Of a stretch of DNA of 64,000 bases, positions 54,919-64,000 are shown piece by piece. The stretch comes from Octopus sinensis. Its lineage: Eukaryota. Made by a program: the position numbers and the translations under genes. The stretch spans positions 96,968,001 through 97,032,000 of the forward strand of contig NC_043000.1 in the NCBI RefSeq assembly GCF_006345805.1. The letters are read 5' to 3'. Every line of letters starts with the position of its first letter. The first letter of the stretch is position 1. The notes beneath the pieces are model-generated. The model saw nothing but the letters and a program-made list of their open reading frames with translations, was not told the origin of the DNA and did no database searches.

Positions 54919-55341
54919 GATTTGATTTGATTTGACTGGGACATAGTTTCGCTTTAAGGGCTTATTCAGACAGTGAAATTTTTAAGAATATATCCATGAC
55001 ATCACACAAGTTTCTAGCAAAAAGGGTGTTTACGTATGAAGCTAATTGTAGCTATTGATGAATGATTTGGGTTATCAGTATTTTGTGGAGAAGATGTTTT
55101 GGAAGAGAGTGGGATAAAAAAAAAATACACGTAGGAAAAGTCTCACTGAGAAAATCGTTCATCATTTGTATAGAATGAGAAGTAAATTTAAATTTTGAAT
55201 TAAGGCAAAATTCAGGCTCTAATATTTCCAGTTCATTAATTTCCCCGTGAAAATAACTGCTGCAGCTGCACTTGTAACAATAACTGCAATTATATCTTAG
55301 GCCATCTCTCAGTTTTACTGTTTGTCACTAGAAGTTCAGAA

Positions 55342-55540
55342 GGCGGCAAGCTGGCAGAATCGTTAGCTGAGCGACATTTTGCCCGTTTCACGTTGTGAGT
55401 TTAGATTCTGCTATGGTCGACTTCGCCTTTAATCCTTTTGAAGTCAATAAAATAAGTACCAGTTGAATACTGGGGTCGAAGTGATCGACTTACCTCATAT
55501 CCCGAACTTGCTGGCCTTGTGCCAATATTTTAAACCATTA
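55342..55540 (+). mobile_element. SINE family A, diverged
   Basis: GGCGGCAAGCTGGCAGAATCGTTAGC head. Confidence 0.78.
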
Positions 55541-56058
55541 TTAGAAGTTCATATTTAACCGTATCTAAGCACATACCCCTTTGGTGAATGTCAAGTGGTT
55601 AGGGTTTTAAGGTCATGGTCATGGGCTCGGTTCTCCACACGGGCAACACGATGTGTCCTTGAACAAAGCTCATCATTTCAGGTTGCTTCAGTGTACTCAA
55701 TAAGTATCGGCCTAGTACTTATGCAGCCTCACTCTCTCTGTACTCAAATCTCGATATTCCGCTAGGTAAGTGTAGGAGAGCTGAGAGAATGTCAATACCT
55801 GCTAGCAACTACACAGGTATCTAAAGCAATTGACGATAATATAGTACCCGCAAGCAGACCATGTGTGTATAAATGTGTGTAGGCTTTCATACATGTATGT
55901 ATGTATATATGCATGTATGTATGCCATTATTCAGTTTTATTTCGAGATTTCTTTCCAATAGAGAAAGAGCCGGTTTCTAACCTAGAGCCAAGGCTCCTTC
56001 ACTGGAATTTCAACAACATCAACAGGCTATTTTTGTATGTGTTTGTGTGTGTGTGTAC

Positions 56059-56098
<40 letters not shown>

Positions 56099-56247
56099 AT
56101 TTGTATGTTTCTCATGCATAAAGTTGCATGTCTAGACATGTATGTAAATATCTACTGTGGGCCAGTATTCTCAAAATATTCACTTGCAACTGATATATTC
56201 CATATTCTAACTTAGATAATGTTAGAGTTACCTTTCTATCTATCTTA

Positions 56248-56374
<127 letters not shown>

Positions 56375-56740
56375 ATATATCTTCTTTAAGTATTAGAATA
56401 GCTGAAGAAATTTCTTTAGCTGCTATTTTAATGAGTTCAGTATGTGGCAAAGTAATTTATTTTACTAAGCCCTACCCTTATATATATGTAATATTTTGAA
56501 TTCGCCTATAATGGTCCCTTACATACTGAATACTTGGTGAATTTGATTAATAATTAATTAATTTTACCCTCAATTGTTGAAATTATAGTTATATATATAT
56601 ATATATATAATATATATTCACAATCAAGGAACGGCCATAATAGGCCATTCACCCACTAGAAATAACAGCCAAAAGCTTCAACCGCAAAATACATTAATTC
56701 TGTAAACCAGGAGAAAAATTGAAAAAACATTTACCCTGAA

Positions 56741-56845
56741 ATTCCTTATACGATGCACCGTTTCGTCTACTGTTTAATGTAAACTGACCTGATTAAATAA
56801 ATCAAGCCAATCTACCATAGGCTCTTAGATTCATCAGTAAGGAAT
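56741..56845 (-). ncRNA. Type I hammerhead ribozyme, unit 1
   Basis: AUUCCUUA-CUGAUGA-...-GAAA-CGGUGCAUCG-UA-UAAGGAAU; core intact. Confidence 0.88.
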
Positions 56846-57232
56846 AGCAAATCGGAACAGATATTTTTCACGAGGCTTCACGTCCATGCCTCGCCAATAT
56901 CTGACCTAAAATTTTCAAATCGTCGCACTCGCGTCCAAATTTATCGGCAGCAAAATAAATATAAGCCGCCGATTCCATTACGGAACTAACCAGAAATTCA
57001 TAATTAATCAATATAGGGAGGCAAAAAAATTTTGTAGAATTCTTTTGCCCCAGCGGCCTAGTGGGAAAAAATAAAATAGTCATAAACCCATTTTTAAGTT
57101 CAATATCACAATCAAGAACGGCCATAATAGGCCATTCACCACATAGAAATAACAGCCAAAAAGCTTCAACCAACCGCAAAATAACATTAATTCTGTAAAC
57201 CAGGAGAAAATTGAAAAAACATTTACCCTGAA

Positions 57233-57337
57233 CTTCCTTATACGATGCACCGTTTCGTCTACTGTTTAATGGTAAACTGACTGATTAAATTAAATCAAGC
57301 CAATCTACCATAGGCCCTTAGATCATCAGGAAGGAAT
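57233..57337 (-). ncRNA. Type I hammerhead ribozyme, unit 2
   Basis: Same fold; small deviations in stem I and the helix II base (possible read errors). Confidence 0.75.
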
Positions 57338-57719
57338 AGCCAAATCGGAACAGATATTTTTCACGAGGCATTCACGTCCATGCCTCGCCAATATCTGACC
57401 TAAATTTTCAAATCGTCGCACTCGCGCCAAATTTATCGGCAGCAAATAAATATAAGCCGCCGATTCCATTACGGAACTAACCAGAAAATTCATAATTAAT
57501 CAATATAGGGAGGCAAAAAATTTTGTAGAATTCTTTGCCCCCAGCGGCCTAGTGGGAAAAAATTAAATGTCATACCTTTTTAAGTTCAATATCACAATCA
57601 AGGAACGGCCATAATAGGCCATTCACCCACTAGAAATAACAGCCAAAAAGCTTCAACAAACCGCAAAATAACATTAATTCTGTAAACCAGGAAGAAAATT
57701 GAAAAACATTTACCCTGAA

Positions 57720-57827
57720 ATTCCTTATACGTATGCACCGTTTCGTCTACTGTTTAATGGTAAACTGACCTGATTAAATTAAATCAAGCCAATCTACCAT
57801 AGGCCCTTAGATTCATCAGTAAGGAAT
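57720..57827 (-). ncRNA. Type I hammerhead ribozyme, unit 3
   Basis: Same fold; 1-nt insertion in helix III. Confidence 0.8.
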
Positions 57828-58212
57828 AGCCAAATCGGAACAGATATTTTTCACGAGGCATTCACGTCCGTCCATGCCTCGCCAATATCTGACCTAAATT
57901 TTCAAATCGTCGCACTCGCGCCAAATTTATCGGCAGCAAATAAATATAAGCCGCCGATTCCATTACGGAACTAACCAGAAAATTCATAATTAATCAATAT
58001 AGGGAGGCAAAAAAATTTGTAGAATTCTTTTGCCCCCAGCGGCCTAGTGGGAAAAATTAAATAGTCATAACCATTTAAGTTCAATATCACAATCAAGGAA
58101 CGGCCATAATAGGCCATTCACCCACTAGAAATAACAGCCAAAAGCTTCATCAACCGCAACATAACATTAATTCTGTAAACCAGGAGAAAATTGAAAAAAC
58201 ATTTACCCTGAA

Positions 58213-58317
58213 ATTCCTTATACGATGCACCGTTTCGTCTACTGTTTATGGTAAACTGACCTGATTAAATTAAATCAAGCCAATCTACCATAGGCCCTTA
58301 GATTCATCAGTAAAGAT
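58213..58317 (-). ncRNA. Type I hammerhead ribozyme, unit 4
   Basis: Same fold; core intact, stem I 5' strand variant. Confidence 0.8.
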
Positions 58318-58697
58318 AGCCAAATCGGAACAGATATTTTTTCACGAGGCATTCACGTCCATGCCTCGCAATATCTTACCTAAAATTTTCAAATCGTCGC
58401 ACTCGCGCCAAATTTATCGGCAGCAATAAATATAAGCCGCCGATTCCATTACGGAACTAACCAGAAAATTCATAATTAATCAATATAGGGAGGCAAAAAA
58501 TTTTGTAGAATTCTTTTGCCCCCAGCGGCCTAGTGGGAAAAAATTAAATAGTCATAAACCATTTTTAAGTTCAATATCACAATCAAGGAACGGCCATAAT
58601 AGGCCATTCACCACTAGAAATAACAGCCAAAAAGCTTCAACCGCAAAAAACATTAATTCTGTAACCAGGAGAAAATTGAAAAAACATTTACCCTGAA

Positions 58698-58804
58698 ATT
58701 CCTTATACGATGCACCGTTTCGTCTACTGTTTAATGGTAAACTGACCTGATTAAATTAAATCAAGCCAATCTACCATAGGCCCTTAGATTCATCAGTAAG
58801 GAAT
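58698..58804 (-). ncRNA. Type I hammerhead ribozyme, unit 5
   Basis: Perfect 8-bp stem I, CUGAUGA, GAAA, 3-bp helix III with UGCA loop, GUA triplet; predicted cut between 58706 and 58705. Confidence 0.9.
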
Positions 58805-59185
58805 AGCCAAATCGGAACAGATATTTTTCACGAGGCATTCACGTCCATGCCTCGCCAATATCTGACCTAAAATTTTCAAATCGTCGCACTCGCGCCAATT
58901 TATCGGCAGCAAATAAATATAAGCCGCCGATTCCATTACGGAACTAACCAGAAAATTCATAATTAATCAATATAGGGAGGCAAAAAAATTTTGTAGAATT
59001 CTTTTGCCCCCAGCGGCCTAGTGGAAAAAAATTAAATAGTCATAAACCATTTTAAGTTCAATATCACAATCAAGAACGGCCATAATAGGCCATTCACCCA
59101 CTAGAAATAACAGCCAAAAAGCTTCAACCGCAAAATAACATTAATTCTGTAACCAGGAGAAAATTGAAAAAACATTTACCCTGAA

Positions 59186-59292
59186 ATTCCTTATACGATG
59201 CACCGTTTCGTCTACTGTTTAATGGTAAACTGACCTGATTAAATTAAATCAAGCCAATCTACCATAGGCCCTTAGATTCATCAGTAAGGAAT
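59186..59292 (-). ncRNA. Type I hammerhead ribozyme, unit 6
   Basis: Identical to unit 5 over the ribozyme; predicted cut between 59194 and 59193. Confidence 0.9.
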
Positions 59293-59506
59293 AGCCAAAT
59301 CGGAACAGATATTTTTCACGAGGCATTCAGTCCATGCCTCGCCAATATCTGACCTAAAATTTTCAAATCGTCGCACTCGCGCAAATTTATCGGCAGCAAA
59401 TAAATTAAGCCGCCGATTCCATTACGGAACTAACCAGAAAATTCATAATTAATCATATAGGGAGGCAAAAAAATTTTGTAGAATTCTTTTGCTGATAAAC
59501 ACACAC

Positions 59507-59909
<403 letters not shown>

Positions 59910-60175
59910 TAAATCGATAAAACTATAAAAGAAAGAAATTTTCATTTCAGTGGCTTTCTCCCTTTTTAACACCCTACATTTTTTTCATGCTGTGCTGAGT
60001 GTTGTAATTTAAAAATTTTATGTTTGTAACTCCTGCTGGTCTTAGCAATGCCTGATTGGTGGCGATGGTAGTGGTGGTATCATTGTTATTGTTGTTGCTA
60101 TTGTATTTACTGTTGTTTTTATGTTCCATCATTTTCATTATATATTTATTTGCTGATAAACACACACATATATGT

Positions 60176-60233
<58 letters not shown>

Positions 60234-60273
60234 CATGTATATACGTATATATGAGTGTATGTACATAAATACG

Positions 60274-60306
<33 letters not shown>

Positions 60307-60325
60307 GTACAAATATATATGTATG

Positions 60326-60364
<39 letters not shown>

Positions 60365-60366
60365 AA

Positions 60367-60397
<31 letters not shown>

Positions 60398-60536
60398 GTA
60401 TATATATATATGTATGTGTGTGTGGTGCGTGTGTGTGTGTAAATAAATATGTGTATGGTGTGTGTAGATATAGATATGCGTACAAATGCATATATATACA
60501 TGTATGTATTCATATGTGTGTGTAGATATAGATATG

Positions 60537-60571
<35 letters not shown>

Positions 60572-60857
60572 GCATGTATGTATTATGTATGCTTGTATCT
60601 ATGTATACATGGATGTATATGCATTATATACGTTACACACACACAGACACACATACACTCACACATCATATATATATACTCACATACGCAAGTGTGTGTG
60701 AGTATTTATGTGTATATATGTGTGTATATTTGTACGTAGTGAATTATAATTCAATGGTTGGAAATCATTCAAGAGGCATTTTTGTTATCATATATATACC
60801 TGTGTGTTGTGTATATATGTGAAGTGTGTATGTAGATATGTGCGTGTGTGTGTGTGT

Positions 60858-60897
<40 letters not shown>

Positions 60898-62134
60898 GCT
60901 CATGAACTATTCTGAATATCAATTTTGATTTCTGATTTATCACGTCTGCTTAGCGAGGCAACTATTTTTCCTTTCTTAATGTACAAAATTCCATTCTTTA
61001 CAATATCTCGAGATTTCTAGCGATAATGTATCGCTTTAATTGAAGCTGCTAAATTTGATTTATAAACTTCCATTAATGTTTTCTCGACGTAAAAGAAATT
61101 TAATTCTATCGCCAGTCTAATATACTAATAAGACTCCACCCTACGTTTAAAGAACACTGTTATAACAAAACAAAAAGCACATCGTTTGTTAAAGTCGTTT
61201 CATTTTATTTTCTTGGCATTTATAAATGTATTTAAAAAAAATTCTTCTTGTTTTTTATTTGCGTTTTGTAAAAGTAATTTTGGTTTTTCAATTTATTATT
61301 TGAACAGATATTTTACGGCTATATAAATTATGTTAGATACTTATCTTAGTAGTTATGTGTAAGTTATTATTATTATTATATCAAACACGTTCTTTATTAA
61401 GAGTATCTCTTACTTTAATAGGCATTCATACGCATAAAACGCTGCTATTATTGTTATCGTTAATGCTGTTGCTATTGTTATTATCGATGTTGTTGTTATT
61501 TAACCCCAATGCTACATTGATTGAACAGAGTTATTATCCAAGTCGTTCTGGCCATGACCATCCAGTATTTCTCCGGGAAAAGCATAAACTATTTCAATAT
61601 AACAGCCCCTCTATGTATCATACTTAATGCAAATTACATCTTTGGAAGACAAATTTACAATGGTATTCGTCTAGAGATACAATCTCCAATAAATTTGCTG
61701 TGTTTAAAAACACAATATATATTATAAAGGAAGATAATATGAGTTCAAATCTTGCCTATATCAACTTACCCTTTCGTCCTTTCGGTAGTGTCAGTCAAGT
61801 ACTGGGTTTGACATTATCAACCATCTTCCATCCCTTAAATTTGCTGCCCTTGTGCCGAAGTCAGAAACCTTTATTATTTAGCCCCAGACCAGCACTGACT
61901 GAACAAACCTATGATCAAATGCCTTCTTGCCATTGCGTGTTTTGAAGATGGTGGTTAATCATCTTAATAAAGTTCTTGTTATTTCTACTTAGTAGAACGA
62001 CAAAGGTGAGGATTCTAGATATAAAGTATTTCGTAGATAGATACTCCATATGAATGTCATTTCTATCAAGGCTAGATTCATAGAAGGATTTGAACTTACA
62101 AAACCATCATGTTTTTTTTTCTTTTTTCATCTTT

Positions 62135-63110
62135 TGACTTTTATGTTCTGAGTTCAAATCCCGCGGAGAACAAATTTATCTTTCATGCTTTTAGGGTCAA
62201 TAAAATGAAGTACTAGTTAAATACTAGAGTCGATACAGTCGACTTGTCCCCTCACCTCAAACGTGTTGCCCTATGCCAAAATACCGGTATTTTGTCCGTC
62301 TTTTTGTTCTGAGGTCAAATTCCACCGAGATCGACTTCGCCTTTCACCCTTTCCGGCAGATAAAATAAGTAACACTTGAATTCTGGGGTTGATGCACTCG
62401 ACTTATCCTTTCCTTCGAAGTTGCTGGTCTTGTGCCAAAATTTGAAGTCATCATCATCATCCTCTTCTTGAACTGGCAGAATTGTTAGTATCAATTCTTC
62501 TGAATTCAAATATCAGCAAGGTCAAATTTGCCTTTCAATCTTTGTTGTTTGTTCCTTCTCAAGCCATGTTTTCCTCATAAGGGCCGGTTTCCTGCTTTCA
62601 ATGATTTATTGTGAGCTGCTAGATGCAGGAGGCAAGAGTGAGAGAAAGTTGTGGCGAAAGAGTCCGCGGAAGTTCGCCATTACCTGCTGCCTGAGCCGCG
62701 TGAGGCTTAGGTGTTTCGCTCAAACACACACATCGCTTGATCTGAGATTCGAACACGCGATCCCTCGACCGCGGGTTCACTGCTCTAACCACTTGGCCAT
62801 GTACCTCCACCTTTTCATCTTTCGTGGCCGATAAAATAAAATACACCTCGAGTACTAGAGTCGGTGTAATCGACTAACCCTTACCCTTAAAATTGTTGTG
62901 CCAAAATTTGAACCCATAATTAATAATTTCAAAAATGCTCTGACAAGCAGGCGAAATCGTTAGAGCATCAGAAAAATGCCTAAATGTTCGCCCAGGGTCA
63001 AACTTGCCTTTCATCCTTTTGAAGTCTATAAAATAAAGTACCGTTCAAGTACTGAAGTCGGTGGTATCGAGTGACCCACTTCTTACAAAATTGTTAGTCT
63101 TGTGCTTAAA
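62135..63110. mobile_element. Nest of diverged SINE fragments (family A on +, family C on - at ~62620-62810)
   Basis: Repeated TTCTGAGTTCAAAT/TTTGCCTTTCATCC cores; the minus-strand head matches 291-484. Confidence 0.7.
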
Positions 63111-63524
63111 TCAGTAACCGTTATTTATTTACTTATCCTTTTTCAAGTTGTGTTCCACATCGGTCTGTGCAACACAAACATTGGACTGTTCAGTAACTTT
63201 ACAGTGTTCCTTTGTGAAGAAGTTGTTATCTCCTTGCTCAATCCTTCAGGTGAAAAGGGGTGCCGTGAGTGATCTCTCACAACCATTAATACGGCGCAAT
63301 TCAACCGATCCTGTGAGAAAAAGAAGAATAGAGAGAAATTCGTACATTCGGTGCTTTTTTTCCCAAGAAATCTAGTGCTTTTAGCTTAGTTTTTCCTTGG
63401 GGCAGGACAGATTGGAGCAATCTAGAGTATAACCAGTCGAAATTGCAAAGAAAACCCGTTCTTGTTTTCTTTGCATCGTCTGTCTGGATGGTTTGCGTTC
63501 TTGTCCCATTTTAGCTTTCTATAT

Positions 63525-63793
63525 ATATGTATATATGAATGTATATATATGTATATATATAAATGTATATATATATACATATAAATGTATATAGATATAT
63601 GAATGTATATAAATATATATATATAAATGTATGTATATGTATATAAATGTATATATGAATATATATATGTATATACATGAATGTATATAAATATGCATGA
63701 ATGTATATATATATGTATATATGAATGTATATATTTATATATACATGTATGAATCGTATATATATATATATATATACATATATACATATATAT

Positions 63794-63881
<88 letters not shown>

Positions 63882-64000
63882 GAATGTATGTGTATATATA
63901 TATATATATGTTTATATATAAATGTACGTATAAATATATAAATATATATATATATATACATGTATATATAATATACATGAATGTATATATATATATATAT
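63525..64000. repeat. Cryptic (TA)n microsatellite with recurring ATGAATGTAT motif
   Basis: Direct reading. Confidence 0.9.

Larger units (their letters stand above)
56619..59492 (-). repeat. Tandem array of ~5.9 x ~490 bp hammerhead-containing units (retrozyme-like satellite)
   Basis: Unit starts at 56621, 57109, 57595, 58090, 58580 and 59067; units are near-identical; (TA)n on both sides. Confidence 0.97.

Noticed and set aside
56868-57179. 103-aa ORF across the array junction
   Set aside because: Depends on unit-specific indels and is not repeated in the other units; no recognisable protein.
56619-59492. Array as 5S rDNA, snRNA or CRISPR repeat
   Set aside because: Only ACGGCCATA resembles the 5S start. 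No U snRNA match, and no repeat-spacer structure.

Overview
AT-rich, microsatellite-dense eukaryotic DNA. The SINE families look like those of Octopus; that assignment is by recognition, not a database search. I see no credible host protein-coding exon, and almost all ORFs in the supplied track are microsatellite read-throughs. The window holds a tRNA-Leu(CAG) cluster at 3.6-10.8 kb (3 identical genes, 2 pseudogenes, with duplicated flanks), a dead mariner, and remnants of RTE, Tx1/L1-like, CRE-like and Penelope-like retroelements. It also holds a pogo/Tigger remnant and many tRNA-derived SINEs. The main result is a ~2.9 kb tandem array (56619-59492) of ~490-bp units flanked by (TA)n. Each unit encodes, on the minus strand, a type I hammerhead ribozyme inside an almost completely base-paired monomer. 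This is the architecture of a non-LTR retrozyme or self-cleaving satellite expected to release ~490-nt, possibly circular, RNAs. Several further hammerhead motifs, intact or decayed, sit in Penelope-type repeats elsewhere in the window and point to a candidate mobilising partner. All RNA structures were folded by eye and all alignments were manual.
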